The notes: generated from the sequence alone by a model not told the origin. A stretch of DNA of 64,000 nt from the human T2T-CHM13v2.0 reference genome, Homo sapiens (GCF_009914755.1 NC_060947.1); one strand, 5' to 3'. Numbered from the stretch's first letter, positions 25,170-38,349 are shown. Numbers and translations: made by a program.

Positions 25170-26990
25170 CAGAGCATAAAGTTAAGAGGCAGGGAGTATG
25201 GAGAAATGAGGCTTTCACAGCTTGGTCTAGCGTGTTAATTAGTTTTTATGACATCCTGCAGGCGGTGGTAAGCCACTGAAGAGTTGGAAGGAGTTAAGTG
25301 ATCATGCATGTTTTCAGGAGTGTCTTCTGAATAGAGGGTAGGTTTGATGTCATTAACCTAAGGGCAGAGACTCACGTAGACAACTTTGTAATAGGCAAGC
25401 CAGGAGAAGACAGGGGCATGAACAAAACAAGTAAACCAGAGGAGAGTGGTGAGATTTTCAGGAAATATTTAGCAGTTTCAATCACCAGAATATGGCCATT
25501 GATTGGGGGAGGTGATGGATGTGGGAGGAGAAGCTTCAGGCAGCAGTTCCCAACCTTTTTGGCACCAGGGACTGGTTTAGTGGAAGACAATTTTTCCACG
25601 GACTGGTGGTGGGGAGGATGGTTCCGGGATGATTCAAGCACATGCCATTTATTGTGCACTTTATTTCTATTATTATTACATCATAATATATAATAATTGT
25701 ACAACTCAAACTCAGCATCGTGTGAAATCAGTGGGAGCCCTGAGCTTGTTTACCTGCAACTAGATGGTCCCATCTGGGGTAATGGGAGACAGTAACAGAT
25801 CACCAGGCATTAGATTCTCATAAAGAGCACACAGTCTAGATCCCTCACACGCTCAGTTCACAATAGGGTTTGTGCTCCCATGAGAATCTAATGCCACTGC
25901 TGATCTGACAGGAGGCAGAGCTCAGGTGGTAATGCGAGTGATGGGAAGAGGCTGTAAATACAGATGAAGCTTCGCTCGCTAGCCTGTCGCTCACCTCCTG
26001 CTATGTGGCACGGTTCCTAACAGGACACAGACCAGTACCATTCCATGGCCCGGGGTTTGAGGACCCCTGGCTTAAAGGGAAAAGAAGATAAGGTTGATAA
26101 TCAGATTTTCCATTGTGAGTGATTGGTACAGCACATGAAAGGAAGAAATGCAGGTGGACGAACCACTTAGGCAGAGACATGCTGAGTGTGTTGTAACCTT
26201 GCTGACTTTGAGTGTCTGTGTATATCCAGGAAGGCATCACAGGTATGTGGTTGGAGATATGAGAGTGAAGCTAGTGGAAGTGCATCCATGATGTAGATAT
26301 GAAAGAGGCACAGAGCTGGTAAGTGAAACAAAAAGTGTGCATGCTGTGACAGCCTAGGGAACAAGGTAAAGTGAAGAAATCAGTGGACCCCATGACACAG
26401 AAAACACCAGCAAGTAAAGTTAGATAAATGGAGAAAATCAACAGACGCAATGACAGAAAACACCAGCTTGGGTTTGATAAATGGAGAAGAAACACTTGAA
26501 AAAAGTGGAGGGGAGAAGTTCAAGGAAAACAGACACGCATCATGTAACCATGGGAGAGTTTGCTAGACATGGTGAACCTCTAGCTCCAACTGGGATTGTG
26601 AAATGGATTCCACATTGTAACGAGATGCCTTATGTGATAGGAATAACAGGTTGCAGTGTAAGAAATCCTAAAATGGGAACGGTTCCAGGGAGAGGCTAGC
26701 AGGGCTTCTGTGGGGTTTGAAGGAATGGTTCTGGAGTGGAAGGATCATTGAGGAACGTGAGAGAGGAAGCTACCCAGACAGAAACAGTCAGGTCGAAGAG
26801 CAATGGTAAGTGGACTTTTTTTCTTGTATCCCAGTCTGCACAATGTTAGATTTTCTTAACTATTCATCCTTTTGGGTGTGTGTACAGAGACTGATGAGTG
26901 CAGCACAAGGCAGGACTGGGGCTCTGCACACATGGAAGAGAGTGGAGAATAGTGAATCCAGCTGGCTGGTGAGAGAATTGCTCAGATATT
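25170..26990 (-). mobile_element. L2, fragmented, interrupted by MER1A
   Basis: Purine-rich antisense L2 pattern (AGCCACTGAAGAGTT, GAGAGTGGTGAGATTTTCAGGAAATATTTAG) on both sides of MER1A. Confidence 0.55.
25541..26069. mobile_element. MER1A hAT-Charlie MITE, full length
   Basis: Same family motifs as 8907-9413; 8-bp degenerate TSD GCTTCAGG/GCTTAAAG. Confidence 0.9.
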
Positions 26991-27000
26991 CAATCAAGGG

Positions 27001-27356
27001 CATATTAGTCTGTTATTACACTGCTAATAAAGACATACCCAAGACTGGGTAATTTATAAAGGAAAGAGGCTTAATGGACTCACAGTTCCACATGGCTGGG
27101 GAAACCTCACAGTCATGGCAGAAGGTGAAGGAGCAAAGTCATGTCTTCCATGGCAGCAGGCAAGAGAGTGTGTGCAGGGGAACTCCCCTTTATAAAACTA
27201 TCAGGTCTCGTGAGACATATTCACTGTCACAAGAACAGCATTGGAAAGACCCACATTCATGTTTCAATTACCTCCCACCCGGTCCCTCCCATTACACGTG
27301 GAAATTATGGGAGCTACAATTCGAGATTTGGGTGGGGACACAGACAAACCACATCA
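27001..27356 (-). mobile_element. THE1 (THE1B/C-like) MaLR solo LTR
   Basis: CTGCTAATAAAGACATACCCAAGACTGGGTAATTTATAAAG...GATTTGGGTGGGGACACAG; near-TSD AAGGG/AAGTG. Confidence 0.9.
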
Positions 27357-27364
27357 AAGTGTTA

Positions 27365-27975
27365 GAACCTTTCTGGAAAACAGTATGAGGATTTCTCAAA
27401 GAACTAAAAATAGAACCAGAGTTTGATCCAGCAATTCCACTACTAGCTATATGTATCCAAAGGAAAAGAAATCATTCTATCAAGGAGACACCTGCACTTG
27501 TGTGTTTATCATAGCACTATTCACAATTGCAACGATGTGGAATCAACGTAAGTGTCCATCAACAGAGGATTGTATAAAGAAAACGTGGTGCATATACACT
27601 ATGGAATACTACTTAGCCATAAAAAGAATGAAATTATGTCTTTTGCAGCAACATGGGTGAACCTGCAGGCCATTATCCTAAGTGAATTAACTCAGAAGCA
27701 GAAAATAAAATACCACATGCTCTCACTTATAAGTGGGAACTAAAAAATGTGTATGCTTGGACATATAGATGGAAACAATAGACACTGGGGACTCCAAAAA
27801 AGGGGAGGGTGGCAGGGGAGAAAGTGTTGAAAAATGACCTACGTGTACAATGTTCACTATATGAATGATGGGTTCACTAAAACCTAGACTTCACCACTAT
27901 GCAATATATGCATGTAAAAAACCTGCACTTGTACCCCCCTAAATATATTAGAAATAAAACAATATTTTAAAAAAA
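27365..27975 (+). mobile_element. L1PB/L1MA-type 3' end
   Basis: TTTCTCAAAGAACTAAAAATAGAA, ACTTCACCACTATGCAATATATGCATGTAA. Confidence 0.9.
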
Positions 27976-28177
27976 GCCATTAAAAAAAGGTTTGGAAGAA
28001 AACCCTTCAAAAGGCTGATAACCTGGACAAAATAGAAGGATGTTTCTGCCCTACCACTGGATAAACTAAGTGGGAAACTCTAACAGAAAGATGAAGTTCT
28101 TCCCATCGCTAGACAATAAGTGAGAAAATCTAAGAGAAGATGAACTTTTTCTACCAAGTGTATTGGAAGGCAGATGT

Positions 28178-28430
28178 GGTTGACCCTTAAACAACGCAAG
28201 TTTGATTTTGTGGATTTTATTTTGGCTCTGCCAGTCCCGAGACAGCAAGACCAACCTCTCCTCTTTGTCGTCCTCGTCAGCCTACTCAACCTGAAGACGA
28301 TAAGGATGAAGACCTTTATGATGATCGACTTCCAGTTAATGAATAGTAAATATATTTTCTCTTCCTTAGGATTTTTTTAATAACATTTTTTTTTCTCTAG
28401 CATACTTTATTGTAATAATACAATATTCAA
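28178..28430 (+). mobile_element. Tigger2a-like TcMar-Tigger fragment
   Basis: GTTGACCCTTAAACAAC...GAGACAGCAAGACCAACC...GGATGAAGACCTTTATGATGATC. Confidence 0.85.
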
Positions 28431-28975
28431 TATTCATTAGATCCTGATACAGTGGAACATAGGAAGAGATGGATGGTATATTTGGCAAGTGGATGGTGGA
28501 AGGGGAGTAGACGTGGGGTTATCAGGATTGTATCTAAAGATGTTTCTTCTCGTGCTGTTGAGGCTGAAGAGGCAGGGGAAATAGAACGGGGCACAGTTTT
28601 AATTTTCAGATTTAGTATAAAGATCTGATCATTTCTACACACAAAGCGTCATGTTTCTCCATGGCTAAAAGTTATATTTATACCCCTAGCCAAGACACAA
28701 TCTCCAATAATATTTCTTTCCATTTTTATCCCTGGATTCACCTTTTAAATTTAATACCCCGAGGAACTCATCCTTCACCGGGGAAGCATCTCATGACATG
28801 CAGTTGACAGTGTACTTCGAGCCTCTTGGGAACATCATTTGAGGCAGTCTTCCTGAGTGTGCTCCAGCAAAATAAGTACCTCTCTCCCAGATGCTGTTGT
28901 GGACTCAGACAGGAATAAATTGCAGCCCTTCGTACAATCTACAGTGAGTCTTGCTCTCATGCAGAAGAACCTGAG

Positions 28976-29179
28976 TGATATAGCTTGGATCTTTGTCCCT
29001 GCCCCAATCTCATGTTAATTTGTAATCCCCAGTATTGGAGGGGGGCCTGGTGGGAGGAGACTAGATCATAAGGGCGAATTTCCCATGAATGGCTTAGCAC
29101 CATCCTCTTGTTGCTGTCCTCATGATAGTGAGTGAGATTTGTGAGACCTGATTGTTTAAAAGCATGTGGCACCCTCCAA

Positions 29180-29211
<32 letters not shown>

Positions 29212-29425
29212 CTCTTTCTTTCTCCTAACTTCTGCCATGTGAAGGGCCTGCTCCCCCTTCTCCTTGCACCATAATTATAAGCTTCTTGAGTCCTCTCCAG
29301 AAGCAGAGGTTGACACCATGCTTCCTATACAGCCTGCAGAACTGTGAGCCAATTAAACCTCTTTTCTTTATAAATTACCCAGTCTCAAGCATTTTTTTAT
29401 AGTAATGCAAGAATGGGCTAATACA
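28976..29425 (+). mobile_element. MST (MSTB-like) MaLR solo LTR
   Basis: TG...CA termini, CAGCCTGCAGAACTGTGAGCCAATTAAACCTC; perfect 5-bp TSD CTGAG. Confidence 0.92.
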
Positions 29426-30636
29426 CTGAGTTTATAAAGAACAGAATGTGTTTGTATTGGTGAAATGCAGACACAAGTCAGGGGACCGTCTTTTCCATGG
29501 GTGCTGTATATTCTTGGGAAGAAGGAGGTTGGTAGGCTTTGTTTGTGTTGGACCAAGGAGTACAGATAGGGCGTGGTGGTATCCAGGCATCTGTGTTATC
29601 ATCTATGTATTGCTGGTATTCATATAACTGTTGTTATTTCCATTTGTTCCAAGAATTGGTCCATGCAGGTCCACCTGGGCTGACCTTTATTCTCGACCAC
29701 TAAGCTTCTTAAATCTTCCTTTCCCTTAGGTGAGTCTGTGATGTCTGTGGGAATATGGGATCATCTTGTGTCAGATGTTCCATGCACAAACGTCCTGGCA
29801 CTCCTCAAATATAACAGCCAACAATTTTAACCACATTGGATCTACTTGTTTTTGTTTTGTTTTGTTTTGTTTTGTTTTGATGCCATAAATCCATTTGGAA
29901 GTTTGGCCTCAGACAAACCCTCAGGCAAGTTTGGAACATAGGAGGGCATAGAGAGATAACCTTGAGTTGTTTTTTTTTTTTTTAGGAAGCACAGCCTCAG
30001 CCCTTTAATATCAGTTCTGCTCTTTTCCCAAAAGGTGGTGGTGATGCATGAGTTAAACCACACACCCTTTTTATTTGAAGAAATGGAGATAGAATATGTA
30101 GCTTACTGTCTGTAAAAGAACATGAGAGATTGAAGTAATACAAAAAAATCTAAAAGACAAAGCTTAGGAATTCTTAAATAGAATCTGAACACATTTGTAT
30201 CCTGACAGCTAAGTTCAGAACCTGTGAAATAGTTCTTGAATGTATGAATTAATGAAAGAAAATTCAATTTTTTTAAAGGATGGAAGTGCTTGGTTGGAGA
30301 ACTAAATAGTTGAGTGAACACAGTACACAGACTTGAGTGAACACAACACACAGACTTACTGAGATGTCTGCACCGTTGCTATTTTCTGCTTGCTGCAGGT
30401 GTCCCAGGGGATGCAGAACATGGTTACAAGGGAAAAGGAGTTGGAGACTGTCAATTGCCTTCAGAGTAAGAGGAAAGGGAAGAAGAAAGCGCAGAGCAGG
30501 AGGAGGAAGGATGGGGCAGGGCTCTCATCTGGCTGAGTGACATGAATTCTCAGAATGTAAACGAAGATAACAGCATATCCTTAAAGCTGCGTTCATAACC
30601 CTGGCTAAGATTCTGGACAGATAAAATGCATGCCTG

Positions 30637-30845
30637 TTAGCCATGCATGATGGCATCTGCTTGTAGTCTCAGCTGCTAGAGAGGCTGAGGCAGGAGAATT
30701 GTTTAAGCCCAGGAGTTCCAGGCTGCAGTGAGCTGTGATTGCACCACTGCTCTCCAACCTGGGTGACAGATCAAGACCCTGTCTTAAAAAAAAAAAAAAG
30801 AAAGAAAGAAAGAGAAAAGAAAAGAAAGAAAGAAAAAGAAAAGGA
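30637..30845 (+). mobile_element. Alu right-arm fragment (AluJ/FRAM-like) with GA-rich tail
   Basis: TTAGCC...GAGGCTGAGGCAGGAGAATT...GCAGTGAGCTGTGATTGCACCACTGC. Confidence 0.85.
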
Positions 30846-30920
30846 AAATGGTCTGGCAATAGAGTGAAATTTTGTCTCTTAAAAAAAAAGAAAAGAAAAA
30901 TAGAAAAACAAAAACAAAAC

Positions 30921-31100
30921 CACTGGGGACTCGAAAAGAGGGAGAAGGTGGGAGAAAGTTAAGCATTGAAAAATTATCTATTGGGTACAATGTTCATTAT
31001 TTGGGTGATGGGTTCACTAGAAGTCCAAACCCCAGCATTATGCCATATACCCATGTAACAAACCTGCACATGTATCCCCGAATTTAAAGTAAAAATAATT
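30921..31100 (+). mobile_element. L1P 3'UTR fragment
   Basis: CACTGGGGACTC...CCCATGTAACAAACCTGCACATGTATCCCC. Confidence 0.88.
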
Positions 31101-31154
31101 TTGTTTTAAAAGCATGCCTACATCTATATCCTGGGATCTCAGGAATGCTCCTTT

Positions 31155-31600
31155 AATGACGCATTTTAGCTGTCACTTTGACTGGGTCATGGAATGCCAA
31201 GATCCCTGATTAGACATTATTTTTTAGTGTGTCTGTAAGGGTGTTTCCAGAAGAGATTAGTATTTGAATCCATAGATTAAAGCAGATGAAACCTCCACAA
31301 TGTGGGCAGACATCATTTAATCCCCTGAAAGCCAGAAGAGATAAAAAAGGTGGAGGAAGGCTGACTCTCCCTCTTTCTTCCTCACTGCTGAGCTGGGACA
31401 TTTATCTTCTGCCCTGAGTGCTCCCAGCTCTCAGGTCTTCAGACTTGGACTGGAATCTACACCATTGTCTCTCCAGCTCTCAGACCTTCTTCAATGACAC
31501 CACTGGCTTTTCTGGGTCTCCAGCTTGCAGACAGCACATTGTGGGACTTCTCAGCTTCCATAATTGCATGAGCCAATACTTAAACTAAATCTCTTTCTAT
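31155..31600 (+). mobile_element. MLT2 (MLT2C/D-like) ERVL LTR
   Basis: GTGTGTCTGTAAGGGTGTTTCCAGAAGAGATTAG, CCAGCTTGCAGACAGCACATTGTGGGACTTCTCAGC. Confidence 0.85.
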
Positions 31601-32484
31601 CCATCTGTTGTTCTACTATTCTATCATTATGTCATTCTATCTGTCAATTGTTCTAGCCATCCACAGTTCTATTCATCTGCCCATCTACCTCTCCACCCTT
31701 GCACCCCACTGAAGCCTCCAGGTCCCTTTTCCTGCAAAATTATATCTCCTCTGGATGTCTGGTAATTTCCTTGTGCTGTTGTTTAGTTTGGCTGTTGACT
31801 TTCAAATTTCTCTTGTCTCTTTTAGAAATGGCGACCATTAAATGAATAAAGTGTCTTATTTCAAAGAGAACAGGTGGACATTTGTGGATTCTGCATAATG
31901 TATGAGGAAGGAGGTCAGGCATGAGACTTGTGTTCTGCAAATGCTTCTGAGGATGTTTCTTAATGCCACCATCTGATTATTCAAGGTCACCATATTGTCC
32001 TCTGATTATATGAAGACTTATTGGCTGCAAATGTAATGAAGACCAATGCCACCTGTCTATTGACCCTGTAATTTCTCCTTTCATTGAATTACTGAAATTT
32101 ATTTATCAATCAATTTGCCTTTTATAGGCTTTTATAATTATAAGGAGCCTTGAAGAGTAAATGGTGTGGTGTCCAAATCACATTAGCTGGTCACTAAGGG
32201 AAATACTAATATAAACACAAATTTTTCTTCATAATCCATATAAGTTTGATTAATTGATAATTCCCTTCAGCTTTATCATACACTAAGGTATCTACGTAGC
32301 AGAAAAATGAGGAAAAAACCCGAATTGCTACGAGATTATGCTTCAGATTTTTTAAAAAATCATTTGTAATTTTACATTATTACATGAGGAAATTAATGGC
32401 TTAAGTGGGATAAATTAGTTACCATGTTTGTAGCTGTTTTAGACCTAGATCTTTTTTTTTCCATAAGAACACTCTGCCTTATAA

Positions 32485-33282
32485 TTGATTTACTGAGTTT
32501 TAGTGAGATATTGCTCACATATCCTAAAGTTCCCTCTTTTAATGTGTCCAATTTAGTGGTTCTTTGTATGTTCACAGAGTCATGCAACCATCACCTCTAA
32601 TTCCAGAACATTTTTATCACCCCAAAAGGGAAACCTCATATTTGTTAAACATTTACTTCCCATTACCTCTGTCTCCAATCCCTGGCAACCACTAATCTAT
32701 ATTCTGTCTATATATTTACCTAGTCTTGGCATGTCATGTAAATGGAATCATATAACATGTGGCATTGCCTGTCTGGTTTCTTTCATTGAGCATGATGTTT
32801 TCAACGTATAACCGTGTTGTAGTCTATGTCAGAATTTCATTTCTTTTTATGGCCAAATATTACTCCTCTGTATGGGTTGGCCACTCCTTTGAATAGATAA
32901 ACACGCGAATGTTTGTGTATTCATCCATTGATGGACATGCGTGTGGTTTACAATTGTTTGGCGATTATGAATACTGCTGTATGCACATTTGTATACAAGT
33001 TATTGTGTGGCCCTGTACGTTCATTTATTTTGAGTATATACATAGGAGTGGAATAGATGGAGTCAAAGAGTCACTCTACATTTAACATTTTGAGGAACTG
33101 CCAGACTGTTTTCCAAAATGGCTGTGTCTTTTTATAGTAGTGTGGGAAAGTTCCATCAGTAGTGTAGGAAGGTTCTATCAGTAGTGTATGAAGGCTCCCA
33201 ACAGTAGTGCAGGAAAGTTCCATCTTTTTCTCTACCCTTTCCAACACTTGTTATTATGTCTCTTTTTCATTTTTAATTCTAG
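32485..33282 (-). mobile_element. L1MB-type 3' end
   Basis: TTCCAGAACATTTTTATCACCCCAAAA, CCCTGGCAACCACTAATCT, TTTTGAGGAACTGCCAGACTGTTTTCC. Confidence 0.88.
33136..33224. repeat. 22-23 bp minisatellite x4 inside L1MB
   Basis: AGTAGTGTRKGAARGTTCYATC-like units starting at 33136, 33158, 33180 and 33203. Confidence 0.9.
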
Positions 33283-33368
33283 CTACATCACACACATTGA
33301 CCCCATAAAAATACTAATTTCAAAAAAACAAATTGAAGTTTCTACTTTTAATTGCAAAAGATTATTTC

Positions 33369-34113
33369 TGCTCAACCTCAGTAATCATCAGGGAAATCCA
33401 AATTAAAACCGCAATGAGATTTTATCTTACCCCACTCAGAAAGGCTATTATTAAAAAGATCAAAAATAACAGATGTTGATGAGGATACAGAGAAAAGGGA
33501 ATGCTTAAATACTGTTGGTTAATACAACCTTTATGGAAATCAATATGAAGATTTCTCAAATGACTAAAATTAGAACTACCATTTGATCCAGCAATTTCAC
33601 TACTGGATATGTACTCAAGGGAAAATAAGTCATCATATTAAAAATAAACCTATACTCACATGTTTGTGGCAATCCTATTCACAATAGCAAAGGTAGGGAA
33701 TCAACTTAAGTGTCCATCAATAGTAGGCTGGAAAAAGAAAATGTGGTACATATACACCACAGAATACTATTAGCCATAAAAAAGAATGAAATTATTTCTT
33801 TTGCAGCAACATGGATGAAACTGGAGGTAACTATCTTAAGTGAAACAAACCAGGCACAGAAAGTCAAATACTACATATTCTCACTCACAAGTGGGTGCTA
33901 AATAATGTGTACAAATGGACATAGAGAGTAGAATGACAAACAATAGAGATGCGAATGGGTGAGTGGGTGGGAGGGAGGAGTGAATGATGAGACATTAGTT
34001 AATGGGTACAATGTATGTTGATTAGATGATAGATAACCTAAAAGTCCTGTTTTGACCACTGTGCAATCTATGCATGTAACAAAAGGCACCTCTACCTCAT
34101 AAATTTGTACAAA
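33369..34113 (+). mobile_element. L1 (L1PB4/L1MA-type) 3' end
   Basis: L1 ORF2 end and 3'UTR; TSD AAAAGATTATTTC/AAAAGATTGTTTC. Confidence 0.9.
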
Positions 34114-35314
34114 AAAAGATTGTTTCATTGACAGAAGAATGCACTACCATATTTTTTTAAACTAGATTCTTCCTATACATTTTAAAATGCTGCTTGATAT
34201 ACTTAATTTTTTAAAATGATCACCTTAGATGCAAGCTAGACTCATAACTCAATACGCAATATTTTGGGTATGCTGATTTACAGAAGTGAAAACGATTCCA
34301 GCAATAACTAACCTTTTGCAAGTGAGGACATCCATCCAGCAGGGTCTCTGGTATCCCCATATCTCTGAGCTGCTTCCATTACAACAACACTCACAGAGGG
34401 CTTCAGTCATGTCTCAAATACATGCTAGAGTTTCCCTATCAGGATGGCCAGCCCTCTGCTGTGGTCGTGACCTTGATCACCCTCTACGATCTCAGCATCT
34501 TCTATCATAAAGTTGACTCCACCTCAATGACGAAGTATCTCTCCTCTTTCTCGGTTTGTCCCACCACATCTTCATCCCTATTACATCTTTCCTCTACTTA
34601 AATTGGGGTATTGTTCCCTTCTCATTGGTCTTATGCTATTTTAGGAGACTGCTAATTAAGTATTCTTTACCCAGAGGGCTGGAGGAGGGAATCATCTCCA
34701 GGTTAGGTCAAAGGATACTTAAATTGCAACAATCAGAGGGTCAAATGTAGATTTGCCTTCCCACAGAAAACCAAATGGTGCATGAGATGGAAGCCAGGGA
34801 CCTTTAATATCTGTTAACCGTAGACATGCGGGTGCCTTGGTGAGTGAGTCTTCCCCATGGATGCAAACAGCCCTGTTTCTGCGTGACTCAAAGGTTCTCT
34901 CCCCTCATTCAGTATCATTATACAGACTATTATTTGGAGACTGCTCTCTAGGTCAGGCATCTAACTGCCCACTGAGGAAAGAGTGAGAATAAACAGTCTT
35001 TCCTCTCCAACTGTTTTAGTTTGTGAAAAGGCAATCCACTGTTATAAAGGCGAGATGTTCTGCAATTCTTCTCGCACAATGCACCTTTCTATGATACAGT
35101 GAGCTCCAATGCAATTGAATTCACAGCGGCACTCCTAACTCAAACCGGGGTCACAGATATCCTCCTGGGAGATGGAAAGGCTAAGAGGACCTACGAATTC
35201 TAGCAGGAGTCACCTGGGGGAAGAAGTTCACCGGTGACGTCCAAACAGAATACGGCTTGTTGAGAGGAGGGGAAAACCTTGTTGTAGGAAGCAGCATTCA
35301 ACCCTCAACAGATG

Positions 35315-35693
35315 GTGACCAGTTAAGTCAGTTGGAGCACAATGGTTACCACACTTTCATGTCTGCTCTTTTGTAATTTATGGTGCAAATTTGCTTTCCT
35401 TCCAGGAGTCTGGTATTTAGGAAGGTGGTAAGCAGAGGGTGCCTATGTGACCAGCCGCTAATAAAATCTTTGGTTGTGGAGTCCCTGATGGGTAGAAACA
35501 CTCTTTGGGCATGACTGTTTTTGTTACTGTTACTCCTAAGAAGCCTGTGCTTGGATTTCTTCAAACTATGACAGTGTCTTTTTCCCTTAATGATGTGGCT
35601 GAGTATCATTACTGTGTTGCTGTAATGAGTCTTAACTCTAACTACTTCTCACAAATTTTTGAGCATGGGTTGGTCTTGGGCACACCCCAAACA
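35315..35693 (+). mobile_element. MER21/MER77-group LTR fragment
   Basis: GCAGAGGGTGCCTATGTGACCAGCCGCTAATAAAA and end GGTCTTGGGCACACCCCAAACA. Confidence 0.6.
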
Positions 35694-35701
35694 AATAAAA
35701 T

Positions 35702-35772
35702 ACAACTTTCCACAAATTGAACACAACTTTCCACAAATTGAATATAACTTTCCACAAATTGAACACAACTTT
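35702..35772. repeat. 21-bp tandem repeat x3.4
   Basis: ACAACTTTCCACAAATTGAAC units at 35702, 35723 and 35744, partial unit at 35765. Confidence 0.95.
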
Positions 35773-35939
35773 TGCTTTTCACAACATCCTGTGTTGTGAA
35801 ACAAGACGCCAAGAGTTTTCTGCATGCACTCACCTGCAATGGAGTGATTTTCATGTTTGCCCATCCCCCCCAGTAAATATAAAATGTTGTAACATCTTTA
35901 TAGGCAGGAAGTATTTCTCACTCATCTTTGTTTTTTTTC

Positions 35940-36298
35940 CTTTTATTTTTTAATTGACATAATAATTGAACATATTTATGGGATACACAGTGGTGTTGCA
36001 ATACATATAATGTAAAGTGATCAGATTGGGGTAATTAGCATATCCATCATCCTGAATATTTATCATTTCTTGGTGTTGGAAACATTCAATATTCTCCTTC
36101 TAGCTGAATAAAAACATATATATTGTTAACTGTAGACATCCTACAGTGGTATAGACCACCAGAACGTATTCCTCTTATCTGGCTGTAATTTTGTATCCTT
36201 TAACTAATCTCTCCCTATCTCCTCCTTCCCACCACCCTTCCCAGGCTGTAGTATCCTCTGGTCTAGTTTTTAATTCTATGAGATCAACTTTTCTTTTA
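35940..36298 (-). mobile_element. L1MA 3' end
   Basis: GTGATCAGATTGGGGTAATTAGCATATCCATCA, ATGAGATCAACTTTT. Confidence 0.85.
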
Positions 36299-36299
36299 A

Positions 36300-37043
36300 C
36301 TTTTACATTAAATTCAAAAGTACAAGTGCAGGTGATATGGTTAGGCTTTGTGTCCCCACCCAAATCTCATCTTGAATTAAAATTCCCATAATCCCTATGT
36401 ATCAAGGGAGAGACCAGGTAGAGGTGATTTGATCATGGGAGTGGTTTCCCCCATGCTGTGCTCATGACAGTGAGTGAGTTCTCATGAGATCTGATGGTTT
36501 TGTAAGGTGCTTTTCCCCCTTCGTTCCTCACACTCTCTCACCTGCCACCAGGTAAGACATGCCTCTTCCCCTTCTGCCATGATTGTGACTTTTATGAGGC
36601 CTCCCCAGCCATGCAGAACTGTGAGTCGATTAAACATCTTTTCTTTATAAATGACCAAGTCTCGAGTTGTATCTTTACAGCAATGTGAAAGCAGACTAAT
36701 ACAACACATTTATTACATAGGTAAAATTATGTCATCAAGATTCGTTGTACAGATTATTTCATTACCCAAGCATTAACCCTAGTACCCAATTCATATATTT
36801 TCTGCTCCTCTCCCTCCTCCCACCCTCCACCCTTTTGTGGGTCCCAGTGTCTGTTGTTTACTTCTTTGGGTCCATGTGTTCTCATAATTTAGCCCCCACT
36901 TATAAGTGAGGACATGCGGTATTTGTTTTATTTGGTTTTCTGTTACTGCATTAGTTCAGCAAAGACAATGGCCTCCAGCTCCATCCATGTCCCTGCAAAG
37001 GACATGATCTCATTCTTTTTTATGGCTGTGTAGTATTCCATGG
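36300..37043 (-). mobile_element. L1PA (old) 3' end interrupted by a MaLR LTR
   Basis: GTACAAGTGCAGG before the LTR; resumes TTATTACATAGGTAAA...GTAGTATTCCATGG after it. Confidence 0.85.
36333..36703 (+). mobile_element. THE1D/MSTA-type MaLR solo LTR
   Basis: TGATATGGTTAGGCTTTGTGTCCCCACCCAAATCTCATC...CAGACTAATACA. Confidence 0.9.
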
Positions 37044-37090
37044 TCTCACTCAGCTTCGTTTCCTTGCTTCCTAGTACAGGATGCAGTGCT

Positions 37091-37132
37091 TGGCTTATGG
37101 TAGGCCCTCCATGGCTTATGGTAGGCCCTCCG
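37091..37132. repeat. 21-bp tandem duplication in an L2-like 3' end
   Basis: TGGCTTATGGTAGGCCCTCCA followed by TGGCTTATGGTAGGCCCTCCG. Confidence 0.93.
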
Positions 37133-37221
37133 TGAATATTTACCAAACAAATGCAGAATGAAGGGATTGCCAATCATTCAGCAGTTTTCCTTCATCCTTT
37201 GAAAATAACTATTATTATTAC

Positions 37222-37726
37222 TATTTTACATATTTAATGGGTACAAGTGCAGGTTTCTGACATGCATACATTGCATACTGGTGAAGTCTGGGCTGTTAGT
37301 GAACCCATCTCCTAAACAGTGAATATTATACCCACTAGGTAATGTTTCAACCCTCACTCCCCTTCCACTCTTCCCATCTTTGGATTCACCAGTTTCTGTT
37401 ATTCCACTCTCTATGTCCATGTGGACTCATTGTTTAGCTCCACATATAAGTGAGAATATGTGGTATTTGACTTTCTGTTTCTGAGTTATTTTACCCAGAA
37501 GAACGGCCTCTAGTTCCATTTATTTTGCAAAAGACATGATTTCATTCTCTTGTATGGCCAAGTAGTTTTCTGCAGTGTGTATGTACCACGTTTTCTTTAT
37601 CCAGCCCTCTGTTGATGGGCACTTCGGTTGATTCCATATCTTTGCATTTGTGAATAGTACTGCAATAAACATGCAAGTGCAGTTGTCTTTTTGATATAAT
37701 GATTTATCTTCCTTTGGATACATACC
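37222..37726 (-). mobile_element. L1PB/L1MA-type 3' end
   Basis: GGGTACAAGTGCAGGTTT, GGTATTTGACTTTCTGTTTCTGAGTTATTT. Confidence 0.9.
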
Positions 37727-38349
37727 AAGAAGTTCACCACTTTGGTTATTGAAGACAGTTTCTAAGGACAGATCATTAATCTATTGTCACCAATCAGGGG
37801 AGACCGTGTCCTATATAATTGCAACTTCAAAGTTAGTAAAGGCCAATTTTTATTTGAGGGAAAAAAATCTTACTTCCAGGAATGTATTATAAAATGCCAG
37901 GCAGGTTTATCGCAGCTGGGATCACTGTCACTACAGAACTGTCTGGGGAGTCCATGTTCTCTTATAAATCAGCCTGGCTCTTCATATATGTTTGGGCTGA
38001 CTTGTCATTTACCTTTCTTGGGAAGAAGCAAGAAAAAGATGAACCTCACCCCAACTTACTTGTGTCCTCTGATAAATATAGCCCTGGTGAGATTTCGTGG
38101 AAAGTTTTCACACAGAAAATGTGAAACTTTATCTTGAAAATAGCAGATAAGTCAACTATTTAATGATGAAAGAACGCATATACACTGGTTGACTGGCCAG
38201 GGAATGTGGCTTTTACTAATGAAGAAGTAACAAGGAAAGCCTATGAAATTAAAAACCAAAACAGTTTTCTGTCATTGTTTTGTTTATAAGAGATCAATTT
38301 TATACTTTCTTTTAATATATCTGTTCTTTTTCTTTTTTCTTTTCTTTCC

